Origin: Candidatus Cloacimonadales bacterium
Lineage (GTDB): Bacteria > Cloacimonadota > Cloacimonadia > Cloacimonadales > JAFGVF01
Direction of reading: 5' to 3'
Length of the DNA stretch: 64,000 nucleotides
Assembly (NCBI GenBank): GCA_963662585.1
Contig: OY759729.1
Coordinates: 800,001 to 864,000, forward strand
This document shows positions 50,559-60,543 of the stretch, one piece after another (the stretch's first letter is position 1; every line of letters starts with the position of its first letter). Made by a program: the position numbers and the translations under genes. Below the pieces are notes generated by a model. It ran no database searches. It had not been told where the DNA came from and saw only the letters and a list, made by a program, of their open reading frames with translations.

Positions 50559-51929
50559 TTAATAGAATCTCAATTGCGATATATCAATGTTCTCTTCTAT
50601 ACCATTATCATAACTAACAAGAAAGTTAAATTCTTCACCTGAAAGAACTTCACAGGAAAAGAAAGTTCCTTCTTTTTGCCAATTAGCTTGAGCCCTAAGA
50701 TTTTCTAAGGCATAATTATAATCACAAATATCTTCTTGCTTAACCTCATCAATAAAATCATCATAAAATGACACTAGGAAACTATCATCTTTGACCTCAA
50801 TTACTTTAGCAAAGTAGAGATATCCATCAGCACTGTATCTAACAAAATAATACTGATCCATAGCAATATTATCCACAAGTGGAAAACTTACTTCAGGGAC
50901 TTGATTGTGATTTGAAAAATTAGATTCTTCGGTTGGAAACTCCTTAGATCTTAATCCTAACTTTTTCTTGATCCAATCTATAACCTTTTCTTTTCTTTCA
51001 ATTTGGAAGTTTCTGACATAATTGACTATGACTAAAATTGGTAATAGATACATTGCTAAGGTAATAATCAAAATACCAAGTACTAAAATAATAACAATTC
51101 TCATGCCTATTTCTATCATAGCATTATCTTCTCTCTGCACTCTTCCATCACTCCAACGAGTAACTGTTTCTGTTGTGGGTGCAGATAAAATAGACTCTAT
51201 CTTTGCAAAAAACATCATTATGCCAGTCTCTTCTGTATTTCTAAAAAAGTTGATAGACCTCTCTCTTTTTAAGATAAGATAGACTGGAGGACGCGAAACA
51301 TAAAAATAGGAAATAAACAACAAGATCCAAACGATTGAATTTATTAAATTCTCTACTGCACTCCATCGTCTCTCAGAATTTCTTTGTTGCAAATATTTTT
51401 TAGCATTGCTACTTTTTAAATCAGCTAATTCATCAGCATAATGTTTATAATATTTCTCTCTCTTAATTTCTGGACCTAAATACTTTTTCCCTCCTGGATT
51501 GTCCTTTGAATAGTAATATAACTGACTTTCATTATTTTTTAGTGCTTCTTGGTACAACTCTTGGGCTTTTTCATTTGGATAATATCCTTTGATGCTAGGG
51601 AAGAATCCATCAAGCCAATTCCAAATCATAAAAAATACAGCAATTCCACATAAAAATGGAATCCATTTACTACCAACAAATTTTCTCTTCGTAGCATTTT
51701 GGACAGTAAATCTAATCTCTTCGGTTAAGTCAATCAACTTAGAATCATCAATATTAAGTTCATCAATCTTTTTGATGTTTTCTTGTGCTTTTCTAACCTG
51801 CTTTAAGCTTGTAGGATGTTTTACGATTTTTCCAGTTTTTTGGTCGGTATAAGTATAATCCCACATTTCAATGATTTCATTATAAAGTTCATATCCTCTA
51901 AGATTTTTTTCCTTCTTGTATTCTTCCAT
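50559..51929 (-). CDS. Hypothetical membrane protein with C-terminal tandem Tudor/Agenet-like repeats
   Basis: 3 hydrophobic segments; two repeats DGYLYFAKV...FLVSFYDD and EGTFFSCEV...FLVSYDNG. Confidence 0.6.
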   Translation of the reverse strand: MEEYKKEKNLRGYELYNEIIEMWDYTYTDQKTGKIVKHPTSLKQVRKAQENIKKIDELNIDDSKLIDLTEEIRFTVQNATKRKFVGSKWIPFLCGIAVFFMIWNWLDGFFPSIKGYYPNEKAQELYQEALKNNESQLYYYSKDNPGGKKYLGPEIKREKYYKHYADELADLKSSNAKKYLQQRNSERRWSAVENLINSIVWILLFISYFYVSRPPVYLILKRERSINFFRNTEETGIMMFFAKIESILSAPTTETVTRWSDGRVQREDNAMIEIGMRIVIILVLGILIITLAMYLLPILVIVNYVRNFQIERKEKVIDWIKKKLGLRSKEFPTEESNFSNHNQVPEVSFPLVDNIAMDQYYFVRYSADGYLYFAKVIEVKDDSFLVSFYDDFIDEVKQEDICDYNYALENLRAQANWQKEGTFFSCEVLSGEEFNFLVSYDNGIEENIDISQLRFY

Positions 51930-52553
51930 GATATTCTCCTATTTATTTATAGTCAGACTACTAAATAATCAAAATCTCGATTTAATTATATATAAAAAAT
52001 AATTTTAACTTTAGCTCACTTTTTTAGAAGAATTCCAGATGTTCTATGAGTTTTTGTTCTTAAAATATTTGGAATATTGAAAAACAAAATAATATTGAGA
52101 TTGTTTAAATGTCAAGTGTTTAATTTTTCACTTTTTCAATTTCATTTTTTCAATTTATATACTTGTATTACCCCCTAAATGCTATTATAGTTGATTCAGC
52201 AGGAATTATACAAAGAAATCAGCGAAAAAGACTAAATTCTTCACTAAATATCTAATGTAATACTTTGTCAAATAGTCAATATTGAGTTTAAATATTTCAT
52301 TAATGCATCAATTTCATCATCAAGGAAGAAAATCTTTTTTTATGCACAAACCTCTTGACAATAGTTATTATTAAGTAATTTAATGCATGGATGACTTGTT
52401 AAAAATTAAAAAATAAGGTGTAATGTATTAATAGGATTAATATGAGAAAATTAAAAAAAAGTACAAGTTATGGTGGTAACAAACAGCTACTCACCCATAA
52501 ATATGGGCGTGTCAGCTACAGGTACTACCACCAAAATAGTGATAGGAGATATT

Positions 52554-53144
52554 ATGGCTAGTTTAGATTATCTCGAAATACTAAAAAAATCGATGCTTTC
52601 CATAGCAGAAATTCCTACAACACTTATTGAGGAATTGTATGGGATCTGCATAAAGAGAAGCTACAAAAAAGGTCAATTCTTCCTCAGAGCTGGTGATTAT
52701 TCTGAATATGTTGGATTTAATATTAAAGGAATCTTTCGTTTGTATTATATTGATCCAAATGGAAATGATTGGACTAAAGGATTTTCCACCAAAGGAAAAT
52801 TTGTTATCTCTTACAGTTCTATAGTCCAGAAAAGACCTTCGTATTTTTTTATTGAAGCTATTACAGACTCAGAAATTTTGCTGTTTCGATACCTTGATTG
52901 GAAGAGAATGATCGATAGTAATATTGAGTGGTATCCTTTTATTTTCAATCTGATTCAATCTATTTATATAATGAAAGAGATGAGGGAAAAAACCTTTCTG
53001 ATGGATGATGCAAGAGAAAGATATCTTAACTTTTTAAAGGAATATCCAAATTTGATAGATAAAGTAAAACTCTATTACATCGCATCATTTCTAGGAATTA
53101 GCCCTGAAACACTTAGCAGAATCAGAAAAAATATAAAAAATTGA
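52554..53144 (+). CDS. Crp/Fnr-family transcriptional regulator
   Basis: cNMP-binding fold, C-terminal IASFLGISPETLSRIR HTH; AGGAG RBS favours ATG 52554. Confidence 0.92.
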   Translation: MASLDYLEILKKSMLSIAEIPTTLIEELYGICIKRSYKKGQFFLRAGDYSEYVGFNIKGIFRLYYIDPNGNDWTKGFSTKGKFVISYSSIVQKRPSYFFIEAITDSEILLFRYLDWKRMIDSNIEWYPFIFNLIQSIYIMKEMREKTFLMDDARERYLNFLKEYPNLIDKVKLYYIASFLGISPETLSRIRKNIKN

Positions 53145-53154
53145 TATAGGTCAA
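53141..53154. promoter_or_regulatory. Fnr-like box TTGAT-N4-GTCAA
   Basis: ttgatataggtcaa overlaps the regulator stop codon, upstream of the SDR gene. Confidence 0.6.
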
Positions 53155-53208
53155 TGACATCAATAGCTGAAATAATTAATTTGATCATAAAAGTTATTGG
53201 AGGATTTG

Positions 53209-53949
53209 ATGAAACTATCAAACAACACTATTCTGATTACTGGTGGAAGTTCGGGAATTGGACTTGAAATGAGTAAGCAATTTCTTTCGAGAGATAATAA
53301 AGTTATTATCTGTGGACGGTCAAAAGAAAAACTATTAGAAGCAAAAAGAATTCTTCCAAGATTGAAAATTTTCCAATGTGATATTTCCGATAAAGACCAG
53401 TGTAAAAAATTAACAAATTGGATAAAAGAAGAGCATCCTGATTTAAATCTTCTTATTAATAATGCTGCAATTGTCAATAAGATTGACTTTATCAATAATG
53501 AAACTGCAATGGAATTTGCTGAAAATGAATACCAGACGAACCTGATTGCTCCTATTCTACTTATCAAATTACTTTACAAGACCTTAAATGCAAACGAATC
53601 TTCGGCTATTATCAACATAACTACAGGTCTAATTTATGCACCTAGATCTATTTATCCTTTCTACAATTCATCTAAATCTGGGCTACATTCATTCACGCAA
53701 ACCCTTAGAATTCGTTTGAAGGATGAAAAAACGAAAGTTTACGAAGTAATGTTTCCTGCTGTTGACACACCATGGCATCAGGGAAATCCCCCGAAAATTG
53801 CAATCGGTGTTGAAAAGGCAGTTGCCGAGATGGTAACAGGTTTAGAAAAAGATAAGCCTGAAATAAGGGTGGCAGGGGCAAAAATGCTTCACTTAATATC
53901 AAGAATAGCTCCTGGTTTTGCAGTAAAAAAAGTAAATGAAATCAAATGA
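53209..53949 (+). CDS. Short-chain dehydrogenase (DltE-like)
   Basis: TGGSSGIG, NNAA, YNSSK; GGAGG RBS. Confidence 0.92.
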   Translation: MKLSNNTILITGGSSGIGLEMSKQFLSRDNKVIICGRSKEKLLEAKRILPRLKIFQCDISDKDQCKKLTNWIKEEHPDLNLLINNAAIVNKIDFINNETAMEFAENEYQTNLIAPILLIKLLYKTLNANESSAIINITTGLIYAPRSIYPFYNSSKSGLHSFTQTLRIRLKDEKTKVYEVMFPAVDTPWHQGNPPKIAIGVEKAVAEMVTGLEKDKPEIRVAGAKMLHLISRIAPGFAVKKVNEIK

Positions 53950-54500
53950 AACAAGAATCTAAACATATATTTTCTGCAAATAAAGCAGCTCACCTCGACA
54001 ATAGCTTTAGAAGACTCTTTCAAAATCCATATAAAATTCTAACTGACTATGTAACTGAAGGAATGACAGTTTTGGACTATGGATGTGGTAACGGTTTTTT
54101 TACGATACCATTATCACATATGGTAGGTGTAAAAGGAAAGGTTTATGCAGTTGATATACAGAAAGAAATGCTGGAGAAATTAAGCGTAAAACTATCAAAA
54201 ACTGACATTAAGGATGTATTTCCAGTACATAAAGGAACTGACAAACTAAATTTTCTTGAGAAAATTGATTTGGCGATTGCCATTTATGTTGTTCATGAAC
54301 TTCCTAATCAAAAAGAGTTTTTCCTTGAAATCAATAGTATATTAAATCCTCATGCAAAATTAATTGTAATTGAACCAAACATTACAGTTCAACAGAAACA
54401 CTTTACTAAAACAATTGAATACGCAGTTCAATCAGTATTTGTAGAATCAAGTAGATCAAATATCTTAATGAGCAAATCGATAGTCTTCCAGAAAAAATGA
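53946..54500 (+). CDS. Class I SAM-dependent methyltransferase
   Basis: VLDYGCGNG, VYAVDIQ. Confidence 0.9.
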   Translation: MKQESKHIFSANKAAHLDNSFRRLFQNPYKILTDYVTEGMTVLDYGCGNGFFTIPLSHMVGVKGKVYAVDIQKEMLEKLSVKLSKTDIKDVFPVHKGTDKLNFLEKIDLAIAIYVVHELPNQKEFFLEINSILNPHAKLIVIEPNITVQQKHFTKTIEYAVQSVFVESSRSNILMSKSIVFQKK

Positions 54501-54513
54501 GAAATTAAAGAAT

Positions 54514-55230
54514 ATGGATATGTTAAAAACAGCTTTACCAATATTTCTAACGGTTCTCTATGCTATCGGACTTTTGTTTGCGGGTATACTTAGCAAAAAA
54601 TTCAATGTTACCTTTAGCACAAATGGATATGTTGACATGCAATTGAAATATCAATTGCTCTTACTGTCAATTACAGCAATTTCATTACTTACAACATTTT
54701 TACTTAACAAACAGAATTTCATCACTTTCTTCTCATGGGGAGACTTAACGGCAACAGGCGAACAATTAAAAATTCTTGGTATAAAGAAAGGTGATTCATG
54801 GTTAAAAACAGGTGTTTCACTGGGTATAGTAATCACCGCTGTAACGGCTATTTTTATGTATTTTCAACTTAAGCAAGCTAGTATAAACTACTCAGCTTTG
54901 CAGACTGGTATTTTATGGATAATACTTTTTTCGATTACAAACTCATTTGGTGAAGAAATGATTTTCAGACTTGGAATTGTTTCTCCACTAAAAGGATTAA
55001 TTGCACCTATGACGATTTTCTTAATTTCAGCTCTTCTTTTTGGGATACCTCATTTTGCAGGTATGCCAAATGGACTCATAGGGGCTACACTTGCTGGAAT
55101 ATTAGGTCTTGTATTAGCAAAATCAATGTATGAAACCAATGGATTTTTTTGGGCATGGTTGATACACTTTTTACAAGACCTTGTAATCATTGGCTCACTC
55201 TACCTCATGAATAAGGTTACTTATGGATGA
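54514..55230 (+). CDS. CPBP/Abi (CAAX protease-like) intramembrane metalloprotease
   Basis: EEMIFR, FGIPH, HFLQD motifs; multiple TM helices. Confidence 0.9.
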   Translation: MDMLKTALPIFLTVLYAIGLLFAGILSKKFNVTFSTNGYVDMQLKYQLLLLSITAISLLTTFLLNKQNFITFFSWGDLTATGEQLKILGIKKGDSWLKTGVSLGIVITAVTAIFMYFQLKQASINYSALQTGILWIILFSITNSFGEEMIFRLGIVSPLKGLIAPMTIFLISALLFGIPHFAGMPNGLIGATLAGILGLVLAKSMYETNGFFWAWLIHFLQDLVIIGSLYLMNKVTYG

Positions 55231-55401
55231 AGACAAAGAAAAAATGGATAAATATCAATGGTAAGAAATACAATTTTACCCGTTTTGCTAGCTACCATTT
55301 GCCCTTCTGTTAAGTATCCTGAAAGTATTTGGGGCTTATTCATCATCACGAAAATGACCAAGAATAAAATGTCTAAATTATACTATAAATCTGTCCAATA
55401 T

Positions 55402-56979
55402 CAGGCATACCCCCAAAAAACTTTGATATAATATAATGAACTTTCAGTTTTATAGTAAGTTAGATATAAAAATTGTCTAAAAAGATTGATTTATAGGTAT
55501 TACGAATAAACTTAAACTTTTCTATTAAAATTACGAGAAAGCTTGCAAACAAGGCTAATATTAAGACACTTTTAGAAATAGTATAACTAATTGATAGATA
55601 ATAAAATAAGAAAAATAATCCTTGCAAAAAAAGTGCTCCTAAATACAATTAGATTATCTACCAAATAATTTCTAAAGGAGCACTTTAACAATGGATTTAA
55701 AAAAACAGAATATAATAAAATTACAAGGTAAATTTTCAAAAAGAGTAAAAAAATATTCAGAAGGCTTAACTATTCCTGAGCATAAAGCCTTGAAAGATAT
55801 AACGAAAGGAGTCATTTCAAGTAGCTCGGTTATTGTTCGACAAATAGCAACAAGTTTACATGAAAAAATTAGTTTAGATAAAGTATGTGAGAGATTATAT
55901 AGAAACCTAAAGAATGAGAAAATTGGAAAAGTGGTAAGTGAAAATTTGTTAAAATACAACAGTGCAAAAGCTACCAATGACACATATTTTATAGTTGATG
56001 AATCAGATATATTGAAGCCAGAATCAAATAAGTTAGAAGGACTATCAAGAGTTAGAGATGGTTCTACCGGACAAAGAGCGAAAGGTTATCATTTACTTAA
56101 TATTGCATCACTAACAGATAATGGTAAGAACTATTCAATACTCCCAATATGCAGTCAATTATATAGTAATATTATAGAAGAAGATACTTCTAAGAATATA
56201 CTTGAAGATAGAATTATAGATATTACTATTCACAGTAATAATAAAGGTGTTTTTGTGTTTGATAGAGGTTATGATAGCCGTAAGTTAATAACTTTACTTT
56301 CAAATAATGAAAATAACTATATAATTAGAAGTACAGGTAAGAGATCTTTTATTGAGGATAATACCGAAGTTAGCTTTTCATCAGTAGTAAGACAAATTAA
56401 ACTTAAACATGAGTTTAAAACATCTGATAATAAAACTTTTAATTGCGGAACAAAGAGAGTGAAAATAAGAATTAATCCACATAAACGTAAGCATCCAGAT
56501 ATAGTTGAAGCAAACTTAGTTGTTGTAAGGCATGGTAAAAAAGGAGGCTTGTTTTATTTTCTATGTAACTTTAATGATAGCACAATGACAGACTATGAAA
56601 TAATATTAAAAGCTGTTAAAGGATACAGAAAAAGATGGAAAATCGAAGAGTTCCATAGACATATCAAGCAGGAGTTTAATTGGGAAAAAGTTCAGCTGAT
56701 GAGTTATGTAGGATTGAAAAATATTAATGTTATATTAATGGTGGCAGTAGATATAGTTTATTCTACAATAAAATATCTGGAAGAACTTTTATATCAATTC
56801 CCTGAGTTCGGTAGCACTAATTATAAGAATCATACCTATGTCTATTACAAACTGAGTAGAATCATAAAGCACATATTTAATAACACTAAATTGAATAAAA
56901 TTATACCGCACAAGGGGGAATATCATGACAAGCTACAACTACGGATCAATTTCTTATAAAAATAATGGGGGTATGCCAG
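55402..56979 (+). mobile_element. IS4-like DDE insertion sequence, copy 1 (1578 bp)
   Basis: Inverted repeats caggcataccccca / tgggggtatgccag; 14-bp flanking direct repeat aatctgtccaatat. Confidence 0.93.
55691..56959 (+). CDS. DDE transposase (IS4-like)
   Basis: VDESD, FDRGYD, YRKRWKIEEFHRHIK (YREK signature). Confidence 0.92.
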   Translation: MDLKKQNIIKLQGKFSKRVKKYSEGLTIPEHKALKDITKGVISSSSVIVRQIATSLHEKISLDKVCERLYRNLKNEKIGKVVSENLLKYNSAKATNDTYFIVDESDILKPESNKLEGLSRVRDGSTGQRAKGYHLLNIASLTDNGKNYSILPICSQLYSNIIEEDTSKNILEDRIIDITIHSNNKGVFVFDRGYDSRKLITLLSNNENNYIIRSTGKRSFIEDNTEVSFSSVVRQIKLKHEFKTSDNKTFNCGTKRVKIRINPHKRKHPDIVEANLVVVRHGKKGGLFYFLCNFNDSTMTDYEIILKAVKGYRKRWKIEEFHRHIKQEFNWEKVQLMSYVGLKNINVILMVAVDIVYSTIKYLEELLYQFPEFGSTNYKNHTYVYYKLSRIIKHIFNNTKLNKIIPHKGEYHDKLQLRINFL

Positions 56980-57175
56980 AATCTGTCCAATATCACTTGA
57001 CAAATTCCGCTTTGTCTTATTCTTACGAATCAGATGATTGGGCTAAATGTTTTGAATTAGCTTGTAAAGATGCGGTGCATGCTTGTAAATTATGCTCATT
57101 TCAGAAAGAACTTTCAAGTAGATTAAAAGAGAAACTTCTTCATTATGTTTTAGATTACTTTATAAATTTTAATTA

Positions 57176-58114
57176 ATGGATAGTTATATGACAAAGATAG
57201 ACAAAAAGTTTGAGGCAGTTGTTCATGCAATTAATCCTGATTATAAACTCATCAACACCATAGATTTAATCGGTGGTGTTTCTGCGACGACAAGAGTACT
57301 TGAAGTTTTACAATCAAAGGGAAAGAACAAAAAATTGCTTGTTCGCCAACATGGGAAAAAAGATCTAAAAAATAACCCTAACATCGCAAAAGATGAATTC
57401 AATCTTTTGAAAAAATTGTATGAAATAGGATTGCCTGTTCAAGAACCTTATTTTTTAGATACTTCAAAGAAGATTTTTCCTCATCCCTATATCGTTATTG
57501 AGTATATTGTTGGAAATACAGATTTTAAACCAAAAGTGCTTACCACATATTTATCTAAGTTAGCACCCCATCTTGCCAAGATACACAAAGTAGAGATTTC
57601 ACAACATAATTTATCATTTTTACCAAAACAAGAAGATCGTTTTACAAAAATCATAAATAAACAATCAGCAAAACTGGACAAATCACTCTCAGAAGAAGAT
57701 ATTATCGATGTTTTGAAATCTATTTGGCCTTTAAAACACAATAATGAAACAGTTTTGCTTCACGGAGATTTTTGGCCAGGTAATACCTTATGGGAAGACG
57801 GTCAGCTTGTCGGTATCATTGATTGGGAAGATGCAGCACTTGGCGATCCACTTTCTGATCTTGCAAATTGCAGGCTAGAAATTCTTTGGGCTTTTGGCAT
57901 GAAGGCGTTGGAAGATTTTACCAAATATTACAAATCAAAGAATAAAATTGATTTTTCAAATCTACCTTATTGGGATCTTTGTGCTGCATTAAAACCATGT
58001 GGCAAGCTCTCTGGATGGGGTCTTGAGAAAAAAACCGAACAAGCAATGATTGATAAACACAAACTTTTTGTCTCTAACGCAATAAAGAAAATTATTAAGC
58101 GTGAAATTTATTAA
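57176..58114 (+). CDS. APH/choline-kinase-family phosphotransferase
   Basis: LLHGDFWPGN, IIDWEDA..GDP..D. Confidence 0.9.
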   Translation: MDSYMTKIDKKFEAVVHAINPDYKLINTIDLIGGVSATTRVLEVLQSKGKNKKLLVRQHGKKDLKNNPNIAKDEFNLLKKLYEIGLPVQEPYFLDTSKKIFPHPYIVIEYIVGNTDFKPKVLTTYLSKLAPHLAKIHKVEISQHNLSFLPKQEDRFTKIINKQSAKLDKSLSEEDIIDVLKSIWPLKHNNETVLLHGDFWPGNTLWEDGQLVGIIDWEDAALGDPLSDLANCRLEILWAFGMKALEDFTKYYKSKNKIDFSNLPYWDLCAALKPCGKLSGWGLEKKTEQAMIDKHKLFVSNAIKKIIKREIY

Positions 58115-58888
58115 AAGTCCTTTCAAGTATGAGAAAGTTTTTTTTCAATACATAATTTGTTTAACTCATTAATGTTTTTCTCGAGCTGCAGTAGAACTTT
58201 AGAGAAAAATGCAAAGTCTTTTAGCAAAATCCCCTTCTTTGAGAAAGAAACAGGGGTGTATCCAAAAAAAATCATAATCTCTCTATATATATTCGGCAGA
58301 ATTTGGGAAGATTCTTAAGCTTAAAAATCTAATGAATAAGATTTATAAAAGTCACTGCTGGTCCAGAAAAAAAAAGAAGAATGATTAAATTTGCGAAAAG
58401 TACTTTTGCTAATAAATCTTATTATAGTAGAAGACGATCTGCAGAGCTCCTGATTGATAATAGCAAGACTATATTTCAAATGTGTAAGTGCAGGTATTCT
58501 TGGTAAATAGAAACAGCTTACAAAAGGATTTACTTCAAATTCGGTTAAATGGTGGAATAGGAAAATTGAAAATGTAATACTGGGTGTATAGGGTTAAAAT
58601 CTGAAAAATTTATTCTTCAATTAATAGCAGCTTTATTATTAAAAAAAAGCAATAAGTAACAGAGCTCACTTCGAAAAACTTTATTCATAATAATGAAATC
58701 AAAAAGATTTATCAAAAAGGACCTAAAAGTGTGTAATATTATAGACTTCTTTGAGGATAAGTTCTTAGGGAGACTAGCTTGATACTTGAAGAGTTTCCCT
58801 GCTTTTCACTAAGAAGTGTGAAAATATGGCTTAGTTGTAAAGGTTATTTGAACAGTCTCTGAAGAATTATTATCTGTATTTTCTTTTT

Positions 58889-60466
58889 CAGGCATACCCC
58901 CAAAAAACTTTGATATAATATAGTGAACTTTCAGTTTTATAGTAAGTTAGATATAAAAATTGTCTAAAAAGATTGATTTATAGGTATTACGAATAAACTT
59001 AAACTTTTCTATTAAAATTACGAGAAAGCTTGCAAATAAGGCTAATATTAAGACACTTTTAGAAATAGTATAACTAATTGATAGATAATAAAATAAGAAA
59101 AATAATCCTTGCAAAAAAAGTGCTCCTAAATACAATTAGATTATCTACCAAATAATTTCTAAAGGAGCACTTTAACAATGGATTTAAAAAAACAGAATAT
59201 AATAAAATTACAAGGTAAATTTTCAAAAAGAGTAAAAAAATATTCAGAAGGCTTAACTATTCCTGAGCATAAAGCCTTGAAAGATATAACGAAAGTAGTC
59301 ATTTCAAGTAGCTCGGTTATTGTTCGACAAATAGCAACAAGTTTACATGAAGAAATTAGTTTAGATAAAGTATGTGAGAGATTATATAGAAACCTAAAGA
59401 ATGAGAAAATTGGAAAAGTGGTAAGTGAAAATTTGTTAAAATACAACAGTGCAAAAGCTACCAATGACACATATTTTATAGTTGATGAATCAGATATATT
59501 GAAGCCAGAATCAAATAAGTTAGAAGGACTATCAAGAGTTAGAGATGGTTCTACCGGACAAAGAGCGAAAGGTTATCATTTACTTAATATTGCATCACTA
59601 ACAGATAATGGTAAGAACTATTCAATACTCCCAATATGCAGTCAATTATATAGTAATATTATAGAAGAAGATACTTCTAAGAATATACTTGAAGATAGAA
59701 TTATAGATATTACTATTCACAGTAATAATAAAGGTATTTTTGTGTTTGATAGAGGTTATGATAGCCGTAAGTTAATAACTTTACTTTCAAATAATGAAAA
59801 TAACTATATAATTAGAAGTACAGGTAAGAGATCTTTTATTGAGGATAATACCGAAGTTAGCTTTTCATCAGTAGTAAGACAAATTAAACTTAAACATGAG
59901 TTTAAAACATCTGATAATAAAACTTTTAATTGCGGAACAAAGAGAGTGAAAATAAGAATTAATCCACATAAACGTAAGCATCCAGATATAGTTGAAGCAA
60001 ACTTAGTTGTTGTAAGGCATGGTAAAAAAGGAGGCTTGTTTTATTTTCTATGTAACTTTAATGATAGCACAATGACAGACTATGAAATAATATTAAAAGC
60101 TGTTAAAGGATACAGAAAAAGATGGAAAATCGAAGAGTTCCATAGACATATCAAGCAGGAGTTTAATTGGGAAAAAGTTCAGCTGATGAGTTATGTAGGA
60201 TTGAAAAATATTAATGTTATATTAATGGTGGCAGTAGATATAGTTTATTCTACAATAAAATATCTGGAAGAACTTTTATATCAATTCCCTGAGTTCGGTA
60301 GCACTAATTATAAGAATCATACCTATGTCTATTACAAACTGAGTAGAATCATAAAGCACATATTTAATAACACTAAATTGAATAAAATTATACCGCACAA
60401 GGGGGAATATCATGACAAGCTACAACTACGGATCAATTTCTTATAAAAATAATGGGGGTATGCCAG
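58889..60466 (+). mobile_element. IS4-like DDE insertion sequence, copy 2 (1578 bp)
   Basis: Same inverted repeats and length as copy 1; flanked by TTTTT on both sides. Confidence 0.93.
59178..60446 (+). CDS. DDE transposase (IS4-like), copy 2
   Basis: Differs from copy 1 by three residues (G>V, K>E, V>I). Confidence 0.92.
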   Translation: MDLKKQNIIKLQGKFSKRVKKYSEGLTIPEHKALKDITKVVISSSSVIVRQIATSLHEEISLDKVCERLYRNLKNEKIGKVVSENLLKYNSAKATNDTYFIVDESDILKPESNKLEGLSRVRDGSTGQRAKGYHLLNIASLTDNGKNYSILPICSQLYSNIIEEDTSKNILEDRIIDITIHSNNKGIFVFDRGYDSRKLITLLSNNENNYIIRSTGKRSFIEDNTEVSFSSVVRQIKLKHEFKTSDNKTFNCGTKRVKIRINPHKRKHPDIVEANLVVVRHGKKGGLFYFLCNFNDSTMTDYEIILKAVKGYRKRWKIEEFHRHIKQEFNWEKVQLMSYVGLKNINVILMVAVDIVYSTIKYLEELLYQFPEFGSTNYKNHTYVYYKLSRIIKHIFNNTKLNKIIPHKGEYHDKLQLRINFL

Positions 60467-60543
60467 TTTTTAAAATAAAACTATTGACAAGATTTTTAGA
60501 AAAGTGATATTAGGTGTATAGAATTTTATAGGGATGGGTATAT

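Larger units (their letters stand above)
55258..57176 (+). pseudogene. Small hypothetical gene interrupted by the IS at 55402-56979
   Basis: Removing the IS and one target copy joins 55258-55401 to 56994-57176 in frame (108 aa); the stop overlaps the next ATG (TAATG). Confidence 0.55.

Noticed and set aside
55460..55983. Minus-strand ORFs within the IS (also 58947-59470) and other short antisense ORFs inside long genes
   Set aside because: Shadow frames with no recognisable domains
57176..58114. Aminoglycoside resistance gene
   Set aside because: Only generic APH/choline-kinase motifs; substrate cannot be inferred
52554..58114. Integron cassette array
   Set aside because: No integrase in the window, genes overlap or abut, and no repeated attC-like sites were seen between them
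55402..60466. Composite transposon carrying the phosphotransferase
   Set aside because: Copy 1 has its own target duplication and splits a local ORF, and the outer flanks do not match, so the insertions were independent
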